Position numbers and translations under genes: made by a program. A stretch of 64,000 nt of DNA. Origin: Eledone cirrhosa. Taxonomy: Eukaryota. The stretch spans positions 35,836,001 through 35,900,000 of the forward strand of contig OZ024746.1 of the NCBI GenBank assembly GCA_964016885.1, written 5' to 3'. Shown piece after piece: positions 12,708 through 24,752 of the stretch. Each line of letters opens with the position of its first letter. Position 1 is the first letter of the stretch. The notes under the pieces were generated by a model. That model saw only the letters and a list, made by a program, of their open reading frames with translations. It searched no databases and was not told the origin of the DNA.

Positions 12708-15700
12708 GATTTCAGAGCTGCGGGCTATGATCAGAGAGCGGGCTGGTCAAATTAAAGCCCTCTCAAATCAAGTAGAGAACCTGACCTTTCAAACACACCG
12801 GCGACGCAGCAACAGTCGATCCACGTCTTTTCACAGTCGAAGATCCAGAAGTCCCAGTCAAAATCGTTTGTCTGGCAACCTTTGCTGGTATCACGCACAT
12901 TTTGGCGCTCAGGCGTCTAAGTGCAGAGCCCCGTGCTCTTTCCAGAATACCACCCAGGGCCTAGCGACGACGTTCACCCCTGCTACTGAGAAGAAAAGTC
13001 GTCTGTTTTTTATCAATGACCAAGCGACAGGCATCCGTTAGCTCGTCGATACAGGAGCCCAGGTTAGTGTTATTCCTGTTTCACTAGTCTCGGACAAAAG
13101 ACAATTACCACCGTCCTTTCTGCAGGCAGTGAACCCATCGTCAATTCCGACTTTCGGGGAGAAATCACTGACCCTCTATTTAGGCCTAAGGCGTCGTTTT
13201 CAATGGGTGTTCGTCGTGGCAGACCAGCCGACCCCTATTTTAGGAGCCGATTTTCTCCACCACTTCAACCTTCTGGTGGACATGAAGAACGGGAGGCGTA
13301 TTGACACCACCACAAACCTCACCGTGAGAGGTATATTTACCACGCAATCCACAGTGAGCCCTGGAATTCACCAATCATAGCCTTCGCATTACAACGGCAT
13401 TCTCCGGAAATACCCAGACATTACTCGCCCAGTATTTAAGGATGGACCTATTAAGCATAGTGTCACACACCACATCGAGACAAGGGGAACACCCACAGCT
13501 GCCCCACTAAGGAGACTGCCTCCAGACCGATTGAGAATCGCCAAACAGGATTTTCAAAATATGCTGGACCTCGGAATCATTCACCCTTCCTCCAGCAACT
13601 GGTCTGCACCCTCTCCTTGTTCCTAAAAAAACGAGAATAATTGGCGACCATGTGGGGATTATCGTGCACTTAATAATTGTACGGTACCCGATAATTACCC
13701 TTTACCTCACTTGCACGACTTTTCTGCCTCTCTGCAAGGCCCACGCATCTTTTCCAAGATAGATTTGGTACGGGCATATAACCAAATACCTATGCAGACT
13801 GCAGATATTCCAAAGACCGCAATCACAACACCGTTCGTTTTATTTGAATTCCTGCGAATGCCGTTCAGTCTGCGCAACGCTGCACAAACTTTTCAGCAGG
13901 TTATTGACACCGTGTTACGTGATCTACCCTTCGTATACGCGTAAATCGACGACGTGCTGGTAGCAAGTACTTCCAAGCAAGAACACGAGAAGCACTTAGA
14001 TCTCCTTTTCCAACGTTTGGGCGAGTAAGGTATTATCATCAACCCCAGCAAGTACCTTCTCCGCGTTCCTTCACTTTCCTTTCTCGGGCACATCATACAT
14101 AAATACGGCATTCGTCCACTTCCCGAGAAAGTAGGAGCTTTCCGCAATTTTCCCGCACCTACATCACTTCGGAAACTGCGTGAACTCCTCGGTTTGGTGA
14201 ATTTTTATAAGCGTTTCATCCCTCATTGTGCCGACGCAGCCATACTCCTCATGGACCATCTTCGTAACCGGACTCGCAAAAACGAAGGGATCACTCTAAA
14301 CGAGGAAGAATTAATATCTTTTAACAGCCTGAAGGAAATGTTGGCAAACGCTTCCATGCTCGGTTTCCCCAGATCTGGCGCTCCTCTTTCGCTGCTAGTA
14401 GACGCATCAGACACGTTAGCTGGAGGCGTTTTACAACAACATGTCGACGGCGTTTGGCAACCCTTATCCTTCATTTCAAAGCGGTTGCAACCTTCAGAAA
14501 CCAAATACAGTACGTTTGGCCGCGATCACTTGGCAACCTACCTTCCGGTTAAACATTTTCGGCATATGCTCGAAGGATCGGAATTCGTGATCTACACGGA
14601 CCATAAACCACTAGTTTATGCGTTCCGTACCAAACCTGATTGACATACACGGAGAGAACTCCGAAACCTGGATTTTGTCTCCCAATTTTCAACTGATATT
14701 CGGCACATGAAGGGATCAGACAACGTATCAGCCGACACCCTAACCCGAATCCAGCTGAACGCAATACATGTACATTCAGGCATCGACCTTCAACAGATCG
14801 TAGCTGACCAAGAGACTGACGATGAGTTTATCAAGCTCCGAGATTCGCCATCCCTCAAGTTTCAGCAAGTTCCCATTGCTTCTTCTCCGGGACAAATTTG
14901 GTGCGACCTTTCTACTGGTCATGAACGACCGTACGTACCACAGATGCATCGTCGACAAATTTGTTCTGCTTTACACTACTTGTCTCACCCGGGAATCCGG
15001 GCTACACAGAAACTCATCTCTGCTCATTTTGTGTGGACTAACATTAACAAGGACGTTCGGGACTGGTCCAGGACTAGCATTGCCTGCCAGAAAGCCAAAG
15101 TCCACAGACACATCAAAACTCCTATCGGTACATTCGCGCAACCTGATGCACGTTTTCATCATGTTCATATCGACATCGTCGGACCTCTACCACCATCACA
15201 GAACTGCACACACTTGCTCACTTGCATAGATTGATTTTCCCGTTGCCCTGAGGCTTTTCCCATAACTGATACCTCAGCGGAAACAGTCTCCAAAAATTTG
15301 GTTTTACACTGGGTATCAAGTTATGGTGCCAGAGCGAAGATAACAACGGACAGAGGACGCCAGTTTAACTCCCACTTCTTCAGGGAACTGACTTGCCTGA
15401 TAGGATCTAAAACATCCGCACGACAGCTTATCAGCCGCAAGCTAATGGTCTCTGGAAAGATTCCATCGCCAATTGAAAGCTGCAATAAAAGCATATCCAG
15501 ACAAGACCCACTGGTTTGAATACCTGCCACTCAACCTTCTGGGCATTCGATCCACCGTTAAGGAGGAATTCGGACACACACCTGCAGAATCAGTGTACAG
15601 CACCATCCTGGTTCTACCTGGTCAGATGGTTGCTCCCATCTCTCCTCAGTATGTTCCATACACAGGATCATACGTCCACCGTCTTCGACAATATATGTCT

Positions 15701-16982
15701 CACCTTGCTCCTTCAAGCACCCGTCAACAGAACACGGCCACACACGTACCTTCAGACATTAAATATTGGATACACGTTTTCGTTCGAAATGACAGCATCT
15801 CAGCTCATCTCCGACCTCCATATTCTGGCCCTTATCGTGTTCTAAAAAAATACCCGAAATATTTTATTCTCGATCTGGATGGTAAACAGAATTCTGTCAG
15901 CGTGGACAGATTAAAAAAAGCCATCATAGATACTGTTACAGTCTCTACACAAGGAACTCCAACAGATTGCTGTCCCAGCAAGCCACTTGTGTCATCTCCA
16001 GTCACGACGACGTGTCCATTGGCCCGCCAAGTTGGCACAATATGTGAATTACCGTTAACCTCATCTGAGTTTCTTAATCCTTCTTCTTGCAAAACATTTC
16101 CATTTTCCTTGTGTTTACTATTTCCAGTTTCAAATACAATGAACTTTCCGCTTGAACAATTGCAATTTTTAGTGACCATGTGCTCATGTCAAGAAGGACA
16201 TTATTTATTATGAACGTTATCTATTACAAACACTATTTAAGAACAACAATTGTGTATAGTATTGTGTATAACATTTTTTTCGTCTCTCACTTGTTTTGCA
16301 AACATTTTTATTTTTCTAGTTCGGCAATATTAAATGTGTAATTGCCATAATTTTGATATACATACAAGGCGTGTACATATTCTATTTTCCATGCTCACTA
16401 CACAACCACGTTTGTTTCACCTTTGGTTCATACCCTGAGCAATAGATATTTTTGTCCCTTTAACTCTTACACTACAACATGTTTTCTCTTTGATCACGCA
16501 TTTCACAAATCGCATCCTCAAAACATTGGTCTTTTTTTTTTCACGTACACATTCACTCAATAGCTTGAGAATGCCTCGCTATTTTTTTACCACATGGATT
16601 CGCTCAAGTCATATACTTTGGAGCAAACTGTTACTTTTAGGCAGCATGCTTACGGCCATTCAGTTCACACATTACGGTTATCTTGACTGCCCAGATCGAC
16701 TTTTTGTCACGCAATTCACAGGCAGATCAACACAAATTGCAACAGGCTCATTCATCACGCCTGCATAAATCTGGACAAAGTCATGTTATAGTTTATTCTT
16801 TTTTTCTCTTCCTGACACACACACCTTGCCATATCATGTCTACATCGACTCTGTCCTATACTCGATGATCACCAAACTTCACAACGTTCTGGCCAAACCT
16901 TGGGCTATTGTCATGACAAAAGCACCACTGGGTCATTACTATACGATATTTCGCTCTTTTTTGGTACAAAAGATCAGGCTAA

Positions 16983-17443
16983 TGTACAGCCACCGGAAAT
17001 AACATCTATCTGCTTAGCTAGCTACCTCACTGTGAAACAAACAACCCTTAAAATCCACCAGAATAAAACGCCTACGCAGCGGCTAAAGATCAAACGATTA
17101 TTTCTGTATATATAGAGTGGTTCCAAACACTTTCGCCAGTCGACCTTTGGCAGAGTCAACTCGCGTATCGTTGTTCCTCTCCTCTGCCACGCTTGTCACT
17201 CACACACGCATTGTACCTGTGTATCGTCACTTCATGTGAAAATAAATAGCTGATCGAAACTACATCTCTCGCCTTGCTCGTCTTTTCAACTTGTGCTTTC
17301 GTCTGTTCATCCTTACCGTATTTGAAAACAGTTATATTAAGGGCTATCTTCAGATCCGATCATACGGTATGCGATAACAGTCCTTCTAAGGGCTATTCTC
17401 GGATTTGATCAGAAGTAGTTACCAGATTGATTAACCACGTCGC

Positions 17444-17447
<4 letters not shown>
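16983..17447 (+). repeat. 3' LTR (TGTA...TACA)
   Basis: Direct repeat of 12259-12707 plus 35 more bases ending cgctaca, before (TA)n. Confidence 0.88.
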
Positions 17448-17512
<65 letters not shown>

Positions 17513-18295
17513 TGTATATATGTATATATATAGTGAAGGCCCGTGCCTTTCTAATGAGAGCGTTGGATTCACAATCTTTAGGTGGTGTTTTTCATTCCCA
17601 CACCGGATTATCCTTTGTGTCCTTGAGTTCAATGTTTGTCTTTATGTGGCTCCAGTTTACTCAGCTGCAGAAATGAGGTCCGATATCTTTGGTGCTATGT
17701 AATTACGTGCTCTTCATATCTCTTGGTTTATACCGCTGGAGAGAGTACACTGCTATGCATGGGCTTGTCTTCCATAAAAACACATTGCGGTGTTTGTGCA
17801 ACACGCGTGGTCATTCATGATCACAGGTGCTTGTGTGGAACAGTCCGTGTCTCTATTCGTGTGAAGTATCAATCTGTGTGGGCTTGTGGTATTGTGTTTT
17901 GCGTTGTGCGTAAGGGAGTACCTGTTGGAGTATGTGTCGTGTCTACGTATGCATGTGTGCACAAGTGTATGTGTTTACGTGTGTTTAGTTCTGTCTATGT
18001 TTAGTTCTGTCAGTCAATATATCTTTGCGTGTGAGTGTTTGTGTTAGATCGGCCTAGAAACGTGTTTTGTTGACTAATGTTACTAATTAATACTGTACGT
18101 CTAATTGATTAGATAGGGTACTGTAATTAATATTCACGGTAAACAAATTAATTATCATGTATGTATGTTTAACTAATTGTTAAGTTCATTTAATTGTTAT
18201 TTAAACTGATACATACATACTAACGCAGGCTCACACACACACACATGTATATATAAATGGGTATATATATATATGTATGTGTGTGTGGGGGGGTA

Positions 18296-18327
<32 letters not shown>

Positions 18328-18397
18328 AGTATGTACATGTACATACCTATATGTATACAGACGTACAGTAGTATGTATATATATATATACATACATG

Positions 18398-18440
<43 letters not shown>

Positions 18441-18560
18441 GTATGGATTCACCGAACATTTATTATAATGCTCGGTGTGTTTGTAAAAAAACAAACATCC
18501 CGTATTAAGCCGTAGTGTCCAGCAACCATCGTTGCTCGTTTGTTCAACACTGACAAAGGA

Positions 18561-18603
18561 ACTCTCTACTAGTTACAAGCTTATTAGCTATCGTCAGCAA
18601 CGT
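18561..18603 (-). ncRNA. Hammerhead ribozyme, mutated (GAAA>GTAA, stem I broken)
   Basis: Reverse complement ACGTTG-CTGACGA-TAGCT-AATA-AGCTT-GTAA-CTAG-TA-GAGAGT. Confidence 0.7.
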
Positions 18604-18980
18604 ATACCTTCCTGCCAGATTGTTGAACGTATATACTTACCTTATGCATATTAACGGCTGAGTAGCCCAATTTGCATATCGAGTGGGTTAATCGGCTGGG
18701 TGCACCGAAAACGATAAACGGAAAAAATGAAACGAAATTCCATGTCCCACTCTTAGTACGGCTGTTACTTAAATATAAGTATATACATGTACATACATAT
18801 ATGTATACAGACGTACAGTAGTATGTATATATATATACATACACACATATATATATGCACGTATGGATTCACCGAACATTTATTATAATGCTCGGTGTGT
18901 TTGTAAAAAAACAAACATCCCGCATTAAGCCGTAGTGTCCAGCAACCATCGTTGCTCGTTTGTTCAACACTGACAAAGGA

Positions 18981-19023
18981 ACGCTGTACTAGTTTCAAGC
19001 TTATTAGCTATCGTCAGCAACGT
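18981..19023 (-). ncRNA. Minimal type I hammerhead ribozyme, core intact
   Basis: Reverse complement ACGTTG-CTGACGA-TAGCT-AATA-AGCTT-GAAA-CTAG-TA-CAGCGT. Confidence 0.85.
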
Positions 19024-19130
19024 ATACCTTCCTGCCAGATTGTTGAACGTATATATTAACCTTATGCATATTTACGGCTGAGTAGCCCAATTTGCATATT
19101 GAGTGGGTTAATCGGAAGGCAGGAAGGTTT

Positions 19131-19173
19131 ACGTTGCTGACGATAGCTAATAAGCTTGAAACTAGTACAGCGT
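19131..19173 (+). ncRNA. Minimal type I hammerhead ribozyme, core intact; predicted cut after GUA at 19167
   Basis: Stem I ACGTTG/CAGCGT, core CTGACGA and GAAA, stem II AGCT/AGCT, palindromic stem III ACTAGT. Confidence 0.85.
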
Positions 19174-19550
19174 TCCTTTGTCAGTGTTGAACAAACGAGC
19201 AACGATGGTTGCTGGACACTACGGCTTAATACGGGATGTTTGTTTTTTTACAAACACACCGAGCATTATAATAAATGGACGGTGAATCCATACGTGCATA
19301 TATATATGTGTGCATGAATGTATATATACATACTACTGTAAGTCTGTATACATATATGTATGTACATGTACATACTTATATTTAAGTAACATCCGTACTA
19401 AGAGTGGGAAATGAAATTTCGTTTCATTTTTTCCGTTTATCGTTGTCGGTGCACCCGGCCGATTTACCCACTCGATATGCAAATTGGGCTACTCAGCCGT
19501 TAATATGCATAAGGTAAGTATATACGTTCAACAATCTGGCAGGAAGGTAT

Positions 19551-19593
19551 ACGTTGCTGACGATAGCTAATACGCTTGAAACTAGTACAGCCT
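19551..19593 (+). ncRNA. Minimal type I hammerhead ribozyme, core intact; predicted cut after 19587
   Basis: ACGTTG-CTGACGA-TAGCTAATACGCTT-GAAA-CTAG-TA-CAGCCT, with single mismatches in stems I and II. Confidence 0.8.
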
Positions 19594-20329
19594 TCCTTTG
19601 TCAGTGTTGAACAAAAGAGCAACGATGGTTGCTGGACACTACGGCTTAATACGGGATGTTTGTTTTTTTACAAACACACCGAGCATTATAATAAATGTTC
19701 GGTGAATCCATACGTGCATATATATATGTGTGCATGTATGTATATATATATACATACTACTGTACGTCTGTATACATATATGTATGTACATGTACATACT
19801 TATATTTAAGTAACAGCCGTACTAAGAGTGGGATATGAAATTTCTTTTCATTTTTTCCGTATATATATATATATTTATATATATATGGAGGGATAGATCC
19901 TAATGATATGCTAGCCACAATAGATTCAGTGAATGGCCGATAAATGCATTTAAATGGAATTACATTAATAAAAACCTTAAACAAGTTTCTTGAGTGTTAC
20001 TTCGTATCGAGAGAAGATAAATACATTTACAATTTCTATGAATATACACTCCCGACCCATTAGTATATGGCAAGGAGAAATGAAAACAGATCCATGAAAC
20101 AAGCACTGACACATACAGATACATAGAGAAACACACACACACGCGCACGAATTTACGCACACACACATGCCCATACACTCACTCACACGACTGTAATAGA
20201 TTTCTTGCATGGCTCAATATTTTGCAGAACGATTTTGTGAATACTCTCGTTTAACTGATATTTCCTGCATAAATATTGATCGTCTTATAAGCACACTATA
20301 TCGTGAAATCTTTTATAATCTCTCATTGC

Positions 20330-20940
20330 AAGCATACAACATACATTCCCCCTGCTTCTCTTCTTTTCTATCCTCTAGGTTGAAAATATTCCTCATCGAA
20401 TCTGTGTCCAGTGCTTGATTTTGAGCAGCGTTTAACATTTCTATCTCTCTTTTGTCATCCAATTCCACGAAGATCCTACTGTTACTTCCTCCTTTTTTTC
20501 TATACCCCATGTCCATGTGTCATTTCTCCCACACTGTAGCCTGGTACCAGTTCCCTCTATGCATGCATTCATTTTACCAATATATTTTCTGAGCTCAGTT
20601 ATTTCACCTTCCAATCCTATTTTCCACCAGGGATTCCTACATTTCTGTTTGCTTAATATCTAATCACTCACCAGAAGCACTGCAGCTCCAATTAACTCTC
20701 TCAAGTCAGTGATAACATTAGTTTCTATATACTTTATTGCATGGTTTACTTTGGATGTTTCTCTTCCTAAACCACTTCTGTCTCTATACCGAAGATTCAG
20801 TAGCATCCTATTGATCGGGGATCATTAAACAGAACTCTTAATATGTTAATAATCTGTTTCTTCCTCTATATACACTTTTATTTCCATTGAAACTTACAAT
20901 GCCCACACCAACAACTACTTCATGAACCACTCCCTCCACA
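20330..20940 (-). pseudogene. Decayed R4/Dong N-terminal fragment
   Basis: Reverse complement reads MLLNLRYRDRSGLGRETSKVNHAIKYIET, similar to LMNLRFVDRKKLKETTARVNKVIPYLE in ORF 9567-10238. Confidence 0.55.
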
Positions 20941-20961
20941 TTCTGTAGTTCATTATTGTTA

Positions 20962-21144
20962 GATTGGCAGTATTGGTAGAGGGTCGGACGCCATGCTTTC
21001 CAGCATAGTTACGTCCCTTTATGATCTGAGTTCAAATCCCGCCGAGGTTGACTTTGCCTTTCATCCTTACGGGGTCGATAAAATAAAGTACCGGTAATGC
21101 ACTGGGTAATTGCTGGCCTTGAGCCTAAAGTAGAAACAATTATT
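20962..21144 (+). mobile_element. tRNA-derived SINE
   Basis: Box A tggcagtattgg, box B gagttcaaatcc, body actttgcctttcatccttacggggtcgataaa, attatt tail. Confidence 0.9.
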
Positions 21145-21870
21145 GTTTCATTATCAGTTTGTGATCTCTATGTTTCCCACTTCACACATCAATGAGGCAA
21201 TGACTAGCGGAGTGGGGTTTGGGAAAAGTGCTGTAATTAAAGTTAGGGTTGCTAGTTGCACTGCTGTTTTTGTCGTGGCCATAGCAAATGGATTGGCCAA
21301 TCGTTCTCATTATTGTTATTGTTAGTTTTATTTTCTCTCTTGTACTAATGTTTATCTTTGTTTTTGTTGTTGTTGTCTTCGGTGTCTTTGTTGTTGTTAT
21401 TATTCTTGCCGTTGTCCCGCTATGTCCTATAGCCTTATTTGAGGGAGTGGAATTTCTCGGTTGCTGGCTCTCCTACAAAATTGTGTAGTAGTATTGATAA
21501 CTTGTTACCTGTAACTCGTACATTTTCCTCAAAATTTAAAACTCACCATTTTGAATTTTTCCTAGAGTTGGAAGTGAGTAAAACTTCCGCGGGGGACTAT
21601 ATATTTCACTTTGCGGAAGATTATGAGAGATTTTTACCGTCACTGTAAATGTGCAACATTAGACAACAACTTACCTTAGAACGACCGAGCGTATGTCACC
21701 ACTAGCCAGCCACTTTTCACCATCTTTATTATCTGCTTAACGTCAGCCCTGTGTTGTCAAAGTTTTGTTGCTAACATTTGACCTAGAAATGCCAATGCTA
21801 CAATATACGGCTGCGTAAGAAAGCTGATGCACGTTTTATGTTATCTTCCCTATCTGAAATAACTAATACC

Positions 21871-22048
21871 TGTTTCTACTTTAGGCACAAGGCCAGCAAT
21901 TGCCCAGTGCATTACTGGTACTTTATTTTATCGACCCCGTAAGGATGAAAGGCAAAGTCAACCTCGGCGGGATTTGAACTCAGATCGTAAAGGGACGTAA
22001 CTATGCTGGAAAGCATGTCCGAGCCTCTACCGATACTGCCAATCCACC
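21871..22048 (-). mobile_element. tRNA-derived SINE
   Basis: Reverse complement is nearly identical to 20962-21144 and 37557-37741. Confidence 0.9.
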
Positions 22049-22181
22049 TGCAAACTTCATATATATGTGTCTGTATTTAAATAATTTGAAATGTAGTTTC
22101 ATTAATTTTCCAGCAAATGATGACTTTGTCTATTGAACACGTTTATGAAATGATATCGTTCTTATAGTGAACATTTTTTCA

Positions 22182-22472
22182 TTCTTCTTCTTCTTCTTCT
22201 TCTTCTTCTTCTTCTTCTTCTTCTTCTTCTTCTCCTTCTTCTTCTTCTCATGTTTCTTCCCATTCTTCTTCTTCTTCTTCTTCTTCTTCTTCTTCTTCTT
22301 CTTCTTCTTCTTCTTCTCCTCCCTCTTCCCCTCCTCCTCATTCTTCTTTTTATTATTCTTCCTCATCTCCCCTCTACCCCTCCCCTTCCCCTTCTTCTTC
22401 TTCTTCTTCTTCTTCTTCTTCTTCTTCTTCTTCTTCTTCTTCTTCTTCTTCTTCTTCTTCTTCTTCTTCTTC
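22182..22472. repeat. (TTC)n microsatellite
   Basis: Three long TTC runs with pyrimidine-rich interruptions. They explain the poly-K, poly-F and poly-L ORFs. Confidence 0.95.
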
Positions 22473-23500
22473 TCATCATTATTTCTAGCTATTAGAAATT
22501 TTGATAATGACAATTCTATAGAAGTACAATAGAAATTGTAAAGCTTATTTTTCATTTATATTTTGTTGAAATAAAAAAATAAATGTTGCACCTATTCTTT
22601 TGCAGCTAAAAGATATCTTGGCATTCAAAATTCTGTCTAAAATAAGTAACCATTCCTGCAATTAGCATTATTCAAACTCTTTGACTTCCTTTTACGGTAC
22701 ACTTTACCTTTGGTCGTGTTGTTAACTCATAAATAATGGCCGCTTAGTTTCAGAAAAATTTGAAAGCGAATATGTATTGTACTTTCTCTTCTATTATAGA
22801 CGAAAGCTAAATGCCGGAAGTAAGTGATTATCTCTTATGGTAGATTCGTGACATTTTATAAGCTCTGGCGATTCACAAAATATGTGATCAATAATTCTTA
22901 TGTAAGATCAGGCTTCCTTCGCATTCTCGCGTATTATATAAAAGGGTAAGTTTTAAATATACTCTATTCATTCATGCAACAATTGCATTTATATTACATG
23001 TGTATGAATTATCGGTGAATATTTTAAATAGAGAATGCAGTGTAACTATAAAACTTTAAGAATAGATTCTTTCAGAAATGAAGATTTTAAACAATGTACA
23101 TAGTTAGCTTTGACACTGTGTGAAGTCTAGATATATAATGGGTTATCATAGATGATCAAAAAGACGTTTCGGCAGAAAATAATGGTGTACTTGTAATATT
23201 ATTGAACTTCATAGATCTATTCGAAAGAAGTTGGAAAGAATAAAACTCTTTATTGATTGATTTTTTTTTTTTTGTGAAAATTATCCAAACATTTTCGAAC
23301 CATAAAGTCCAATGTATTTATCAAGCTAAAGCACGGAAAAAAACTTTATAGCAGCAAAATACCACGCATATCATGGCTTTTAAAAAAAGAAGGAATTTTA
23401 CATTGCATAACGAAGTCCTCGTTAGCAACATATATGTATGTATGCATGTATGTATGTGTGTGTGTATGTATGTTTGTATGATTGTATGTATGCAGTTATG

Positions 23501-23603
<103 letters not shown>

Positions 23604-24068
23604 GTATAGTATGATAAATGTTAGTAAGCATAGAATAATCATTTGTATTATAAGCTAATGAAACATGAGCGATGGTACTTGAACATATTATACAATATTG
23701 GCATGCTGAAATTAGACCATATATATGTTTGCAGGCGTGTTTGTTTGTGCGTATGGTGGTACATATCGTCGTATATGTAGCTAATGATATGAAACTTCTC
23801 CGAAATGCAAGGAATTGTAACACAAATTCGTTCAGTGAATTCTTTATATAATATATGCATTGCATTATCTTTCTTTCGCTGTTAGCCACCACTAATATCA
23901 TATGTACAGGGAGGGGGTCATACATGTGTGTGTGTGTGCGGGTCCGTTTGTGTGTGTATCTGTACATGTTTGTGCGTGAGCCATCATATTACAATCGAGC
24001 CCACGTTGTCAAAATTGATGGCAATTCATTTATATAGTAAACAATATTCATATGCATTATTTATACCC

Positions 24069-24245
24069 GGTGAATTGGCAGTATCGGTAGAGGGCCGGAC
24101 GCCTTGCTTTTGACACATAGAGTTACGGTCCTTGCCATTCTAAGTTCAAATCCTTAACTTTCATCCTTACGTGGTCGATAAAATAAAGTACCAGTAATGC
24201 ACTGGGATAATTGCTGGCCTTGTGCCAATAGTAGAAACAATTATT
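24069..24245 (+). mobile_element. tRNA-derived SINE (second subfamily, small internal deletion)
   Basis: attggcagtatcggtagaggg ... gttcaaatcc ... gtcgataaaataaagtaccag ... gtagaaacaattatt. Confidence 0.85.
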
Positions 24246-24504
24246 TATACCATGACATTTGAACAAATATCAGCGGAATATCGAGCCCGCTCTATATGAA
24301 TGAGCTCATTTATTTATTTAATTTTTCTGACTTCACTTAATTTCATTATAGGATAACAGCAATTTTCTTGGCATATTATTTCGAACATTTTGAGCGGATC
24401 TTATAGCTGTTTCATGAGCCTTTACTCTGTCATAAGAGTATTTCCTCTAAATTAATTCTCTTTTCTTCCATAACTTAAATACATCTCTGTTGGACTTACG
24501 ATCA

Positions 24505-24700
24505 TAATGCTGTGGTACAATTCCGTGACTCGGTTGTATGTTGCTCTCTTGAGCAAAACATTTCAGTTCACGTTCCAGTATTTTTAATGGAAAAGGACTA
24601 CCAGCATTAGCTGGTAGTTTAATCCTGCGATGGACTGGTGTTCTGTCTAGCGGGGTATGGGGTGCCTTGTACTCTCAGTAGCCGGGATAAGAACGGGCAA
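24505..24700 (+). mobile_element. Older SINE of a different family (Meta/V-domain-like core)
   Basis: cttgagcaaaacatt ... cctgcgatggactggtgttctgtctagcgggg resembles widely conserved SINE core domains. Family assignment is from recall only. Confidence 0.4.
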
Positions 24701-24752
24701 AATGATAGTATGTATATTTATAAACAGCTGTCATTTCATATATATTTTAGTA

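Larger units (their letters stand above)
12259..17447 (+). mobile_element. Ty3/Gypsy LTR retrotransposon, CsRN1/Kabuki clade, decayed
   Basis: Gag CHCC motif CWYHAHFGAQASKCRAPC. Protease LVDTGA near 13042. [16 protein letters not shown] and MPFSLRNA, with YIDD mutated to *IDD. RNase H VDAS..YTDHKPL. Integrase SHPG, HIDIVGP, TTDRGRQF and GPY. Two LTRs, flanked by (TA)n. Confidence 0.92.
18330..19860. mobile_element. Head-to-head double tandem of a 420-bp non-coding repeat, one hammerhead per unit (retrozyme-like or non-autonomous PLE)
   Basis: Minus arm 18330-19115 and plus arm 19118-19860, each about 1.8 units with a period of exactly 420 bp. No real ORF. Flanked by (TA)n. Confidence 0.88.

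Noticed and set aside
17530-18200. Possible PLE thumb remnant (minus-strand KPMHS) and half hammerhead near 18055
   Set aside because: Similarity is too weak to support by eye.
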